Assembly (NCBI GenBank): GCA_944381085.1
Contig: CALWJX010000007.1
Span: 2,754 to 66,753 of the forward strand
Direction of reading: 5' to 3'
Source of the DNA: an uncultured Clostridia bacterium
Lineage (GTDB): Bacteria > Bacillota > Clostridia > Oscillospirales > CAG-272
Length of the DNA stretch: 64,000 nt
Positions within the stretch are counted from its first letter, which is position 1, and each line of letters begins with the position of its first letter. The position numbers and the translations under genes are program-made. The notes beneath the pieces were generated by a model. It had not been told where the DNA came from. It ran no database searches and was given only the letters and a program-made list of their open reading frames with translations. Below, in pieces: positions 49,229 through 59,645 of the stretch.

Positions 49229-49726
49229 ATGGAGCATAAAACAGACAGCGCGTGCTTTACCGGCCACAGAAATATAGCGCAAAAAGACGCCTTGCTTTTG
49301 CCTTCCGCATTAAATAAAGTGACGGAAAGCCTGATTGTGCAAGGAGTGTCACATTTCAGAGCGGGAGGCGCGATAGGATTTGACACAATAGCAGCGCTGT
49401 GCGTACTTGAATTAAGACAAATTTATCCGCAGATAGCTTTGGACCTTATACTTCCGTGCAAAGATCAGTCAAACACGTGGGATGAGCTGAACAAAAGAAC
49501 CTATAATTACATACTCTCAAACGCGGATTCGGTGGAATACATTTCCGATAAATATGCCGCGGGATGTATGTACGAAAGAAACCGTCGGCTGGTTGACGGC
49601 AGCAGGTACTGTATCGCGTACTGTACCCATAACTCCGGCGGAACCGCGTATACATGCTCCTACGCGTCAAAGCAAAATATTGAAATTATAAATATTTATG
49701 ATATACTGAGACGAAACACGCCGTAA
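49229..49726 (+). CDS. SLOG family protein (YpsA/DUF1273-like)
   Basis: CFTGHR, GGAIGFD, RNRRLVD.S, GGTAYT. Confidence 0.88.
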   Translation: MEHKTDSACFTGHRNIAQKDALLLPSALNKVTESLIVQGVSHFRAGGAIGFDTIAALCVLELRQIYPQIALDLILPCKDQSNTWDELNKRTYNYILSNADSVEYISDKYAAGCMYERNRRLVDGSRYCIAYCTHNSGGTAYTCSYASKQNIEIINIYDILRRNTP

Positions 49727-49807
49727 TTACAGTACACCGATAAAATACCGGGAGCGGCTGCTCGATGGCATTTCACCGTCATCAGGCAGCCGCTCCCTAA
49801 TTTATTG

Positions 49808-50842
49808 TCAATATCCTTCCTCAACCAGACGCGGGCAGTCTTTTCCGGCTTTGTATGCCTCTATGTACTGCTTCATCCATTGATAATACTGGTCTCCGTG
49901 ACCTCCCTCCATAGGCTCTATGTCACGGCTGTACTCCTGATTGTAATTGTCGACAAACGCGGTCTGACCGTCCACTATGAACCTCTGGGCAGCCCATTCG
50001 TTCCACCACGTAAGGGTCACCACCTTGGGACGCACCTCAAACGCCTCTGTCCACTGCTCATAGAAAAATATACCGTGATTTCTTCCGTGTGCGGTGGGCA
50101 TGGACATATAAGTTTCCTGAGACGCGACGGCTACGCTTATCTGCTCATAAGCCCCGTCTCTTTTATACGCGGTATCATCGTTGTCAATATTTAAGAATCT
50201 CCAGCACCTGTCCGTAGTCAATCCCCACATGCGGCGTACCGTAAAGAGGTCTTTGGCGGGAAATTCCGCCTCGGAGACAGTATAAAGCATAAATGGCTTT
50301 CCTTCCCAATAAACAAAGCAGTCTTCCCACTTTTCCTCCGTGTAAAACTTGTCGTAAAACGCCTGAATAAGCGGACCTTCGGACTTTCCGCACCAAAGCA
50401 CGATATACGGCGTTTTCTGACCCTCCGCTCTCATCTCCATTATGGTTTCGCACAAAGCGCGAAGCGGGGCAAACGCCCATACCTCTCCGGTCGCCGAATT
50501 CGTAATATATCCGTCATTCGCGTTTGTATAGTCAAGAATTATAAAGTCCACATCCGCGTCCCCCAGAAGCTTCATGTTGTTTCTTATGGCATTTTTGTCG
50601 GTGCTTCTGTAATATCCCTGAGCGGGCTTCGCCCAATAATGGAAAGCGGTCTCCCCGCCCCATTCTCTTTTTCCCTCAAGCACTTCGGTGACATTGTTGA
50701 AATCTGTCACAGGCTCGGTTCCGGTTCCGAGAATCCCGTCAAACCATACCGAGTAGCAGATACTTACAAGGTCCTTTTTATCGGTAATATCAAGACCGAG
50801 AGTAGCCCCGGGCTCCGGCACCGCAGTTATTTCTTTCTCCAC
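49808..50842 (-). CDS. Putative glycoside hydrolase, GH99/GH71-like TIM barrel
   Basis: YSVWF, WAKPAQGYYRS.D, WEGKP, WWNEW, IEP....GDQY motifs; may be the C-terminal part of the upstream ORF. Confidence 0.6.
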   Translation of the reverse strand: MEKEITAVPEPGATLGLDITDKKDLVSICYSVWFDGILGTGTEPVTDFNNVTEVLEGKREWGGETAFHYWAKPAQGYYRSTDKNAIRNNMKLLGDADVDFIILDYTNANDGYITNSATGEVWAFAPLRALCETIMEMRAEGQKTPYIVLWCGKSEGPLIQAFYDKFYTEEKWEDCFVYWEGKPFMLYTVSEAEFPAKDLFTVRRMWGLTTDRCWRFLNIDNDDTAYKRDGAYEQISVAVASQETYMSMPTAHGRNHGIFFYEQWTEAFEVRPKVVTLTWWNEWAAQRFIVDGQTAFVDNYNQEYSRDIEPMEGGHGDQYYQWMKQYIEAYKAGKDCPRLVEEGY

Positions 50843-50862
50843 TTTTTCAGACTCCTTTTCTC

Positions 50863-51846
50863 CTACAAGTATTTTACATTATCCATAACACACGCTCCGC
50901 CGTTGTGAGCGAAAACCGTAAAATGGTCTCCCGCGCAGCTTGACGGGTCATTGGGTACGGAAATCACAAGCTCTCCGCTGCTGTCATAAACCGAGATTTC
51001 GGTCTCGCTCATCGCGGTCTTCAGCAACAGCACGCTTTCTTTGCCGTCATACGAGGCATATATATAAGTGTCGTGATCCTCGGTACACACAATATCTATA
51101 TGCCGCATTTCCCCGAAGCCCTGTTCAATCTGCACCTTAGCAAAACCGGCAGGCCAGCCGTTATCGTTTCCTCCGAGTATAGTGATCTCATTTTCCGGAG
51201 TAAACGTGAACCAGAGACCGTCTCCCGGTGTATCAGGTATCTTATTGGCGTAGTCTGACACATAGCATCCGATAAAGGTTGAAGTCCACGAGTTTGTCTC
51301 AGACGAATTTGGTCTGAAGCTCTTCATATCCGCGGAAAACTGCACCTGTATATAGTCCTTTACCGACGCGCCGACCACCGGGGACCACGTGCTCCAATTT
51401 CCGAGAAAATCTTGCCCGTCATGCGGAAAATAAAGCATTCCGTCCTTCACCGCCGCAGCATTTGCGTCGCGGAAGCTTGCCTCGCCGCCTACAGTCTTGT
51501 CTCCGTCCTCATAATCGGCGAAGAAAAGCGATTTGACGCCCGTTTCGTCCTCGGACATTATACTTCCCTTTTTTGACAGGTCATAGCCTTCGGTTTTAAC
51601 TGTGGTTTCTTTTACAATGTAATTGACCTTCGGCTCATCCTTGGACTCGTCGATACTTCCTCCGGTTGTATTTTCCTCCGGCAAAGAACCGCTTTCGGTC
51701 TCGCTTTCGGTTTCTGTCGGATGCTCCGACCCGTCGGACTCTGTCCCTAAGTCGTTCGTACCCGTATTGCATGACACAAACATAAACAGAGTTAAAATTG
51801 ACAGAATCAACGCCAGACTTCTGACGGCAAATTTTTTGGTGCTCAT
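50863..51846 (-). CDS. Lipoprotein with Glu/Ser/Thr linker and beta-sandwich-like domain
   Basis: LFMFVSC lipobox, low-complexity linker, ends ...MDNVK; AGGAGG SD. Confidence 0.75.
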   Translation of the reverse strand: MSTKKFAVRSLALILSILTLFMFVSCNTGTNDLGTESDGSEHPTETESETESGSLPEENTTGGSIDESKDEPKVNYIVKETTVKTEGYDLSKKGSIMSEDETGVKSLFFADYEDGDKTVGGEASFRDANAAAVKDGMLYFPHDGQDFLGNWSTWSPVVGASVKDYIQVQFSADMKSFRPNSSETNSWTSTFIGCYVSDYANKIPDTPGDGLWFTFTPENEITILGGNDNGWPAGFAKVQIEQGFGEMRHIDIVCTEDHDTYIYASYDGKESVLLLKTAMSETEISVYDSSGELVISVPNDPSSCAGDHFTVFAHNGGACVMDNVKYL

Positions 51847-51893
51847 ACATTTCCTCCTTCAAAAAATTTAATTTTATAAAACGCATCGGCATT

Positions 51894-53363
51894 TTATATA
51901 GCCGTATCAAGACTTTCCCGCCTTAAAAGAGAGCGGGCTACACCTGATTTTTTCGGCGGGTAAATACAATCTCTAAACGAAAACAATGTACAACGGGGCT
52001 TTGCCGCATATTGAAAAATCCCCGATTCATTTTCGGACAAGCCGTGTGCTTTTCGTTTTTCGGACATTTTCCCGCCCAATCCGGAGATTATACTGTTAAG
52101 GTCATTCTCTATGTTTATCTTTATATATTTGTCCGTACCCTCCGACAGACTTTCATATCGGCGCCGTACTTCGTCCGCATTTCCGTCATGCAACAGCCTG
52201 CTCAATTTAACCGTAATGACCTCGCTGTAAGAAACTTCCGAAGATTCTTCATGTCCGTCAAGGCAATTGTCTCTTATGCTGCGCCACACCGGGCGGTATC
52301 TTTCGTACTTATCATCCATGAACCAATTGGCGATTCCCACGACCTGACATCCGTGACCGAAACATTCCAAGCCCTGCTTTTGATACTTTTCCGGAGTCGC
52401 GCCTGTCTGAGAGGGTCCGTCGATCTCCTGAGCAAGGTACGCGCCGCAAGGAAGATTGGAGAGGGTGTAATCGCAGCTAAAAGCATGATTGTAATCGGGC
52501 GCGTCATCCACCCAGACAAGGTCGGTCTTTTCGCAAAGCTCCCAAAACATGACCGTTCCCCTTAAAAGTATGCTTTGATCTATCGTGCTGCCGAACTGCA
52601 CCGAAAAACCCGTCGCCTTGTCAGAGCAAATATCATGTACCGTATCCGCGCAGGAATCTATAAATCTTTTCAGCATTTTGTGGCGGTAAATATACCAATG
52701 TAAGCTCAGCATATTTCCGACGTCCGAGCAGTCCGGCGGTATAATTTCCTCAAAAGATGCATAACCCGTATGAAACGTATTGTTCAGATTCTCCGTATTA
52801 CCGAAGATATCTTTGAGATACAGCGAAAATCCCTGTTTTGCCGCTTCGGAATAATCATACCCGCCCGTGCACCAATACTCGGTCTCACAGTAGGGTGTGT
52901 TTGCGGCAAGATAATATAAAACTTTTTTGCCGTATTTATCATTAAAGTGTGTAACCGTGCGCCGTAGAAAGCCAATCATTTTTTTCATGGCGCTTCCGCT
53001 GGAAAAAGAAGGCATGACGCGGGACTCAAAAGCTCCTCCCGCCCCCACATTTCCGAAACGATCACGCTGCACCTCGTCCGAGAGAAGCACTCCGTCCCTG
53101 TCAAGCATACGTGTAAATCTGCAAAAATCCACAAGAATAATTACCGGCAGACCTTTTACGTCAATAATATAATCCAGCATCCGCTCATACGGCTCAAAAT
53201 CATATTCGTCCGCCCCCGGCTGCGCGCGGGACCATAAAATATGCACCGCGATTGCATTGAATCCGTCAGTCATCGCTCTGTCAACGGTATTCATCACCTC
53301 TTCTATGGGCGTTACCGAAAAGTTCCATATTTTGTAAAGAAAAATTCTCTTTCCGTAATGCAT
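51894..53363 (-). CDS. Putative glycoside hydrolase, GH42/beta-galactosidase-like catalytic domain
   Basis: GFNAI....WSRAQPG.DEYDF, GYDYS.AA..GF..YL, LN...T.Y.SF.EI.PP. Confidence 0.7.
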   Translation of the reverse strand: MHYGKRIFLYKIWNFSVTPIEEVMNTVDRAMTDGFNAIAVHILWSRAQPGADEYDFEPYERMLDYIIDVKGLPVIILVDFCRFTRMLDRDGVLLSDEVQRDRFGNVGAGGAFESRVMPSFSSGSAMKKMIGFLRRTVTHFNDKYGKKVLYYLAANTPYCETEYWCTGGYDYSEAAKQGFSLYLKDIFGNTENLNNTFHTGYASFEEIIPPDCSDVGNMLSLHWYIYRHKMLKRFIDSCADTVHDICSDKATGFSVQFGSTIDQSILLRGTVMFWELCEKTDLVWVDDAPDYNHAFSCDYTLSNLPCGAYLAQEIDGPSQTGATPEKYQKQGLECFGHGCQVVGIANWFMDDKYERYRPVWRSIRDNCLDGHEESSEVSYSEVITVKLSRLLHDGNADEVRRRYESLSEGTDKYIKINIENDLNSIISGLGGKMSEKRKAHGLSENESGIFQYAAKPRCTLFSFRDCIYPPKKSGVARSLLRRESLDTAI

Positions 53364-53399
53364 AAGTATGTTTCCTCCTCTCCGAAAAAACGCCGGAAA

Positions 53400-53927
53400 T
53401 CAGGCTTGATTTTTCACTTTCCACTCAAGCGCGGCGCGCTCCAAAGCCTTTACAAATTCATCCTTTCCGTCGCAATAGGCTTCTATATCATAGGGAAAGG
53501 TCTTTGCCAGTCTCTCCTTCAGCCTGCCGTACTCGTCGGCGGCCTCCTTATGCGTCCGCAAATAATCCCTAAGCGCAAGATGTCTTTCAATCGCCGCACT
53601 ATTGCTCGCCTCAAAAATATGTATCTGATGTGTTCTTTCATCCCCGCCCTTGCGCAGATATCGCCTGCCGGGTATTCCGAATTCACCCAGATACTCATAC
53701 CCCGCCCTTTCAAACTCGCCTGCCAGACAATCCACTTTTCCAATCTCCGCTACAACGGGCATAATATCAATAATCGGTTTGGCTTTAAGCCCCTCGACCG
53801 AGGTACTGCCTATATGGTGTATGGAAATAAGGTTATCCTTAAGAATATTTTTAATTATCTCGGCTTCTCTTTCAAATTTCACTTTCCAGTCGGGGGAATA
53901 TTCGGTTACAACCACATGCTGAGGCAT
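53400..53927 (-). CDS. GrpB/UPF0157 nucleotidyltransferase-fold protein
   Basis: HIGSTSV.GL.AKPIIDI, RTHQIH, RDYLR, YCDGK. Confidence 0.93.
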   Translation of the reverse strand: MPQHVVVTEYSPDWKVKFEREAEIIKNILKDNLISIHHIGSTSVEGLKAKPIIDIMPVVAEIGKVDCLAGEFERAGYEYLGEFGIPGRRYLRKGGDERTHQIHIFEASNSAAIERHLALRDYLRTHKEAADEYGRLKERLAKTFPYDIEAYCDGKDEFVKALERAALEWKVKNQA

Positions 53928-54262
53928 ATAAATTCCTTTCAAAGACGATTTTCCGTCTAAATAAACTATTTGTTTTTCAACTCGGCGGAATCGACGCGAA
54001 CACCTGATTCGCCGTCCGATTCAAATCAAACAGAATATTAATTTTCGGTAAATACAAAATAAAAAACAAACTTTATAACATTTTAGCACAGTGCAATTTT
54101 AATGTCAACCTTTTTACGCGATAAATTAAATTTCATTACAATGCACAAAATACAAGCCTTCAAACTATACATAATAACAAAAAAGGAACCGGTTCAGAAT
54201 CCGATTCCTTCGACACTGTATAAATATAAAAAAGCTTACGCAAATATATGATGTAAGACAAT

Positions 54263-54940
54263 TTACTTTTTGCCTTTACGGTTCATTTTTTCATGCATTT
54301 CATCCCGCAGAGCCTTGACCATGTTCTCAAATCTTGTCGCTTCACTTTCAAGATAAGCGCCGGTCAACTTCTCGGTCGGAGTAAGGCTTACCGGGGTTCC
54401 GACTATGATTCTCTGTCTTTTTCCGATAAATTTATCGTACGGACCCTCTATATATACCGGAAGAACAGGCACTTTCGCGCGGTACGCGATGGATACGAAG
54501 CCCGGCTTGAAATGTCTCATTTCCCCTCCGTAGCTCGATTCTCCCTCCGGGAACATTGTAATAGGCTTCCCTTCTTTCAGATACTTTACGGAAATTTTCA
54601 GCCACTCGGTTCCGGCGTTTCCCGAACGGTCTATCGGAACGCACCTGCTTTGCTCCATTATCCATTTTTTTGCCCTGCTGTGCTCAAACAGGTCCTTCGC
54701 CGTAAGCGAATATATCTTATTTGTAGGAAAAGTAATGCCTATAACCGCTCCGTCCTTATAATTAACGTGATTGCTCACTATGACCAGCGGCTGCTTAAGT
54801 CTGCGTCCCTGAACTTTTCTGTCATGAAAATAAAATTTGATTCTGAATCCCACGCGGGTGCCGAGTCTTATAATGAACCGTGAACCAAACCCGAACACCG
54901 CATTATAGATTCTTATGAAAAAGTTTTTTATCTTTTGCAT
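54263..54940 (-). CDS. plsC: 1-acyl-sn-glycerol-3-phosphate acyltransferase
   Basis: SNHVNYKD (HX4D), IDR, FPEG, FKPG. Confidence 0.85.
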   Translation of the reverse strand: MQKIKNFFIRIYNAVFGFGSRFIIRLGTRVGFRIKFYFHDRKVQGRRLKQPLVIVSNHVNYKDGAVIGITFPTNKIYSLTAKDLFEHSRAKKWIMEQSRCVPIDRSGNAGTEWLKISVKYLKEGKPITMFPEGESSYGGEMRHFKPGFVSIAYRAKVPVLPVYIEGPYDKFIGKRQRIIVGTPVSLTPTEKLTGAYLESEATRFENMVKALRDEMHEKMNRKGKK

Positions 54941-54962
54941 TTGAAAAAATCCACACAGTCTT

Positions 54963-56240
54963 TTAGTTTTCGGAATATGCCACCGTACAGTTTTCCATGA
55001 GCACATCCATTATCTTTATATACAAAGCGGACTCTCGTATGTAATCTTCTCCGAGCATCTCTATGATCTGTTCTTCCGTGTATGTGCCCTGTCCCTGCGC
55101 TTTATAGTAATCTATATTGTACTGTACCTCAGCCTGAAATTCTTCCTCGGTAAGCTCCAACCCGTCAAACTGTGAAATCGCGTGGTAAATGAGATTCTGG
55201 GCAACCAAAGTTTCGCACTCCTCCGTCAGGGCGGCTTTCCAGTCCGCGCCGTCTTCAAGACCCATATACTGAACGGCAAAATCGTTGAAGTCGTCAAAAA
55301 CATATCCCATGTACATGTAGTAATTCATCGCATATTCAAAATCATCTACATATGAGTCATAATAGTACTGAATCTCGTCTTGCGGATACTTGATTATCTC
55401 GGCTTCATCAAGAAGTATTTCCCAAATGGCATTTTCAATCGCCAGTGATTTCTCACTTTCGTTTTCTTCTTCGAGCATACCCCTGATATAAGCCTTATGC
55501 TCGCCTACCACATCGCTGCCCTCAGCCTCAAACTCCAGTGTGCCGGTGATAAAATCCTCGTCATATTCGGGAATGTCATACTGTATGGTATAGAGCACAT
55601 AAACGTAAAAAGTTACATCCTTGCCGGCAAGGTCGCGGTTTCCGTAGCCATCGTCAAACTTCAGTTCAAGCGTCACCGGATTCTCGGCGCTTGTCTGACT
55701 CGGAACCACTCCCACAAGTCCCTCCTCAAAGCCTTCTATAAAGTTTCCCGACCCTATGGACAGTCCGAACGGGGTCTCGTCCGACATGTTTGAGCCGCCA
55801 TCAAATTCCTCTCCGTCAATCTCTCCTCTGTAAAAAATATACGCGGTATCTCCCCTTTTTATAGGTTCGTCCGTAACCTTCGCCCCATCGTTCGCCACGC
55901 TTTTATGGCTGAAGCAAAGCGCGTCTATGTACTCTTGCACATCCGCGTCGGTCACGATGTAATCCGGGCTTATCGTCACACTCATATCCTTACAAACAGA
56001 CGTGTCAAGCTTTACATATTCATTCATATCCGCGGCAAAATAGTCAAATCTGTTCTCTTTTTCTTCGGCTTCAGAAGTTTCGGACTCTCCCGACGTTCCG
56101 CCGTCGGTATCGGTATCAAAGACCGAGGGTCTGCCCTCCGTCCATGCCGATAATCCGGAACATGACGCAAGACATAAAGCAATAACGGCGCTCAATACGG
56201 ATATGCAAACGACCTTGACGCATAATTTTCTTGATTTCAT
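54963..56240 (-). CDS. Trigger-factor-like FKBP PPIase lipoprotein
   Basis: LASC lipobox; GDTA.I.Y.G..DGEEFDGG, IGSG.FIEGFEEGLVG, LAGKDVTF; TF-like helical C-domain. Confidence 0.85.
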   Translation of the reverse strand: MKSRKLCVKVVCISVLSAVIALCLASCSGLSAWTEGRPSVFDTDTDGGTSGESETSEAEEKENRFDYFAADMNEYVKLDTSVCKDMSVTISPDYIVTDADVQEYIDALCFSHKSVANDGAKVTDEPIKRGDTAYIFYRGEIDGEEFDGGSNMSDETPFGLSIGSGNFIEGFEEGLVGVVPSQTSAENPVTLELKFDDGYGNRDLAGKDVTFYVYVLYTIQYDIPEYDEDFITGTLEFEAEGSDVVGEHKAYIRGMLEEENESEKSLAIENAIWEILLDEAEIIKYPQDEIQYYYDSYVDDFEYAMNYYMYMGYVFDDFNDFAVQYMGLEDGADWKAALTEECETLVAQNLIYHAISQFDGLELTEEEFQAEVQYNIDYYKAQGQGTYTEEQIIEMLGEDYIRESALYIKIMDVLMENCTVAYSEN

Positions 56241-56548
56241 ATATAACCTCCGAGAACCTACGCGGCAAAAGCCGCTTCCGGCTGAAACTTTCAGCAGATT
56301 CAGTTTCATACGCAGAATTAATAATACTATATTTGCATTTAAATTTCAAGTACAATTTGAAAACTTTCTTATAAGTGACCCTATCACCTCAAAATTTTCC
56401 TCATGAATTGACAAGCAAGGCAAAAAATGTTATAATTAAAATATGCGGAATGCAATTTTTCAATAAGCGCAAGGAAAATCCACGATGGTTTACAATATAT
56501 ACGCCATTGTAAAATATATAAATCAAAATAAGCCGAAAGGAAAAAAAT

Positions 56549-57514
56549 ATGTCGTCTGTAAAGGATAGTGTTTTAACCCGGCTGAGCGAAAACAAGGACA
56601 AATTTACTTCGGGGCAGACACTGGCAAACGAGCTGTCCGTTACACGCTGCGCGATATGGAAAGCGGTATGCGGGCTGAGAAAAGACGGATATGTAATTGA
56701 ATCCGTAAGTAATAAAGGTTATAAGCTGCACGAATCCGACATACTGTCGGAAGCCGAGATAAAATCACATCTCAAAACATCCATACCGCCAAAGATAATT
56801 GTCTTTGACAGTATAGACTCTACCAATTCCAAAGCCAAGGAGTACGCCGCAAACGGGCATAAAGCGACTACTCTTATAATAGCGAACAGTCAGACCAACG
56901 GAAAAGGCAGGATGGGCAGGACATTTTACAGTCCCAAGGACACGGGACTTTACATGTCCCTGCTCTACACCACCTCTCAGCCTCTGGAAAACGCGGTCAG
57001 CGTCACCACAGCCGCCTCCGTAGCGGTCGCTCTGGCAATAGAGGAAATGACCGGAAGCCCCGCGCAGATCAAATGGGTAAACGATGTATATATGGACGGC
57101 AAAAAGGTGTGCGGCATACTTACGGAAGCTATGCTCGGACTCGACGGCGACGGAGAAAACGTTATCATTGTAGGTATAGGAATAAATATCACTACAAAGA
57201 CCTTTCCGGAAGAACTCGCGGACAAGGCGGCGAGCACGGGAACGCTCAGCGGTTCAAGATGTATGCTCGCGGCAAAGATAATTGACCGGCTTATATATTT
57301 CATCGACAATCCGTCGGAAAAAACACACATGGGCGAATATCGGAAACGCTCTTTGCTTGACGGAAAAAAAGTCAGACTCATTTGCGCGGGAAACGAATTT
57401 TTCGGAACAGCCATGGGGATTTCCGACGACGGAGGACTTATTTTTCTTCCGGACGGAGAAGAAAACTGTAAAGTCATTCGCAGCGGCGAGGTAAGTGTAA
57501 GATTAAACGATTAA
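56549..57514 (+). CDS. birA: Bifunctional biotin repressor / biotin-protein ligase
   Basis: N-terminal HTH, DSTN, QTNGKGRMGR, KWVND, KKVCGILTE, SGEVS. Confidence 0.96.
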   Translation: MSSVKDSVLTRLSENKDKFTSGQTLANELSVTRCAIWKAVCGLRKDGYVIESVSNKGYKLHESDILSEAEIKSHLKTSIPPKIIVFDSIDSTNSKAKEYAANGHKATTLIIANSQTNGKGRMGRTFYSPKDTGLYMSLLYTTSQPLENAVSVTTAASVAVALAIEEMTGSPAQIKWVNDVYMDGKKVCGILTEAMLGLDGDGENVIIVGIGINITTKTFPEELADKAASTGTLSGSRCMLAAKIIDRLIYFIDNPSEKTHMGEYRKRSLLDGKKVRLICAGNEFFGTAMGISDDGGLIFLPDGEENCKVIRSGEVSVRLND

Positions 57515-57610
57515 ATCGCGCCTTATTCAAAAATCAAAAAAGACCGTAAAATATATGAATTCGGCTGAATTTATGAAATCATATAAACACGGTCTTTTGT
57601 TTTTGAGAAT

Positions 57611-58171
57611 CTACGCTTTTATTATTTTATGTATTTTCTTTTCAACGGCGAAAAACAGAATCATTCCGAGAATTCCCGCCGATATAACCTCTCCCAAAAA
57701 AACGGTGAGCGCATAGAAAGGTATTATTGACAGCACACGGTCCGACGGAGCCGTATAGCATACGTATACGACAAACGGAACCGCTATAGTATTGGCAATA
57801 ATCGTCGGAACCGGAACAAGCCATCTGAGCCACTTAATACCCTTTGAGCGAAAGACGACGCCCAGAAAGTATGTTCCGAGAGCTCCCGCCAACGTAGCCA
57901 CGGGACCTATCAGAATATCAAGCGCGGCGCATCCCGTCAGAATATTCGCCAGCAGGCATCCGATATAAAGCCCCGGCACAGCGGATGAGGTAAAAAACGC
58001 CAGAATACACAACGCCTCTGAAAATCTGATCTGTATGGCGTTCTTATCCAAGCCAAACGCCATGGCAAGATATGTAAGCGCGATATAAAGCGCCGCGATT
58101 ATACCCGCCTGCGCCAGATAAAGCACATTTTTTCCGGCTGATTTTCTGTTGGATTTTTTCAAGTCATTCAT
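57611..58171 (-). CDS. queT: QueT queuosine-precursor transporter
   Basis: IAALY.AL, IQIRFSEAL, GCLLAN, V.LGE; preQ1 riboswitch upstream. Confidence 0.92.
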   Translation of the reverse strand: MNDLKKSNRKSAGKNVLYLAQAGIIAALYIALTYLAMAFGLDKNAIQIRFSEALCILAFFTSSAVPGLYIGCLLANILTGCAALDILIGPVATLAGALGTYFLGVVFRSKGIKWLRWLVPVPTIIANTIAVPFVVYVCYTAPSDRVLSIIPFYALTVFLGEVISAGILGMILFFAVEKKIHKIIKA

Positions 58172-58224
58172 TTTTCTTTTCACAGGAAAAACCTGTCCGG
58201 ATGTGCGCGACGGCAATCCGGTCT

Positions 58225-58265
58225 CCTTAGTTTTGTTTAACGTGAGGATGGTTACGAACTCACGT
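58225..58265 (-). ncRNA. preQ1-I riboswitch
   Basis: ACGTGAG-TTCGTAACCATC-CTCACGT stem-loop + A-rich tail AAACAAAACTAAGG. Confidence 0.9.
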
Positions 58266-58309
58266 ATAGATATATGTCAACGGTCTTTCGGGAAAACCGT
58301 TGTCATCAA

Positions 58310-59608
58310 TTAATTTTTTTTACGGCATTCCGCATCCGCATACATTTTCGCGGCTTTTTTAACGTCCGCGTAAATGTAAAGCGAACCGATACAGATCACA
58401 TTTTTTTTGCGTTCCGCCGCGTCCGACATGGCGGCGTATACCGCAGCTCCGATGCCGTCGTATCCCTGAGCGCTTACGCCAAGACCGTTAAATACTGCGG
58501 CGTAATCCGTCGCGGACAACGCGCGGGGATTGCCGGGAGTCAGGCAATACACCCTTTCCGCTATTTCGGATATTTTCTTCGCGATATATCCGTAATCCTT
58601 ATCCGCCAGCACGCCCGTGACCACATTCAGCTTATCTCCGCCGAAATATTTTCTCACGCTCTCAACCGCGCTGTCAACCCCTTCGGGATTGTGTCCGCCG
58701 TCAAATATCACAATGGGGTCACGGCATATTATCTCAAATCTCGCTTTCCATTTTGCCTCCGAAAGTCCGCCGTACAGGGCAAAGTCGCTTATTTCAAGAC
58801 CGCGACCTCTGAGAATTTCCACGGCGCTTATGACATTCAGGGCATTTGTGACCTGATATGTCCCGAGCAGCGGTATTTTTAAATCCTTATATCTTCCATA
58901 GTCAAAACAGGTGCCGTCAAGCGCCTCTTTTTTTACCGTGAGCTTATCTCTTACGACAGTATAAAGTTCCGACCCAAGCTCCGACGCTCTTTTACTTATC
59001 ACCCGATACGCCTCGCTGTCATTGCCGCACCAAAGACACGGAATGCCTTTCTTTATAATCCCCGCCTTTTCCGCGGCAATCTTTCCCACCGTATCGCCGA
59101 GATACGCGGTGTGGTCAAGAGATATACCGGTTATTACGGACAAAACCGGGGTTTCTATCACATTGGTGGAGTCAAGTCTGCCGCCCATTCCGCATTCAAA
59201 CACCACATAATCGCAGTTTTCTCTTTTGAAATACTCGAGCGCAATTGCGGTTATAAGCTCAAACTCCGTCGGAGAATCCCGCATACTCTCCGCAAACGGC
59301 TTCACATATCCGGTAATGGAGGCAAGCGTTTCGTCGTCAATATCCGCTCCGTTGACCTTCATTCTCTCGTTAAACCGTTCGACAAACGGCGAGGTGTAAA
59401 GACCGACACGGTATCCGGCGCTTCGCAGAATCGATTCAAGCATTGAGCAAAAAGAGCCTTTTCCGTTTGTGCCGGCAACATGAATAAACTTAAGCTTATT
59501 CTGGGGATTATTTATTTTGCCGAGCAGCTCCGCCGTTCTCTCAAGCCCCGGCTTTGAGCCTTTCCATGAAACCGAATGAATAAAATCCAACGCCTCATCG
59601 TAATTCAC
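58310..59608 (-). CDS. folC: Folylpolyglutamate synthase / dihydrofolate synthase
   Basis: HVAGTNGKGS, YTSP, E.GMGGRLDSTN, DH..YLG, DGGHNP, GSLY. Confidence 0.97.
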   Translation of the reverse strand: MNYDEALDFIHSVSWKGSKPGLERTAELLGKINNPQNKLKFIHVAGTNGKGSFCSMLESILRSAGYRVGLYTSPFVERFNERMKVNGADIDDETLASITGYVKPFAESMRDSPTEFELITAIALEYFKRENCDYVVFECGMGGRLDSTNVIETPVLSVITGISLDHTAYLGDTVGKIAAEKAGIIKKGIPCLWCGNDSEAYRVISKRASELGSELYTVVRDKLTVKKEALDGTCFDYGRYKDLKIPLLGTYQVTNALNVISAVEILRGRGLEISDFALYGGLSEAKWKARFEIICRDPIVIFDGGHNPEGVDSAVESVRKYFGGDKLNVVTGVLADKDYGYIAKKISEIAERVYCLTPGNPRALSATDYAAVFNGLGVSAQGYDGIGAAVYAAMSDAAERKKNVICIGSLYIYADVKKAAKMYADAECRKKN

Positions 59609-59645
59609 TGAAAAACACTACCTTTCAATCACATCAATAAAATAC

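Noticed and set aside
49229-49726. SLOG protein as part of a nucleotide-signalling defence system
   Set aside because: Stand-alone YpsA-like gene with no TIR, Sir2 or effector neighbours.
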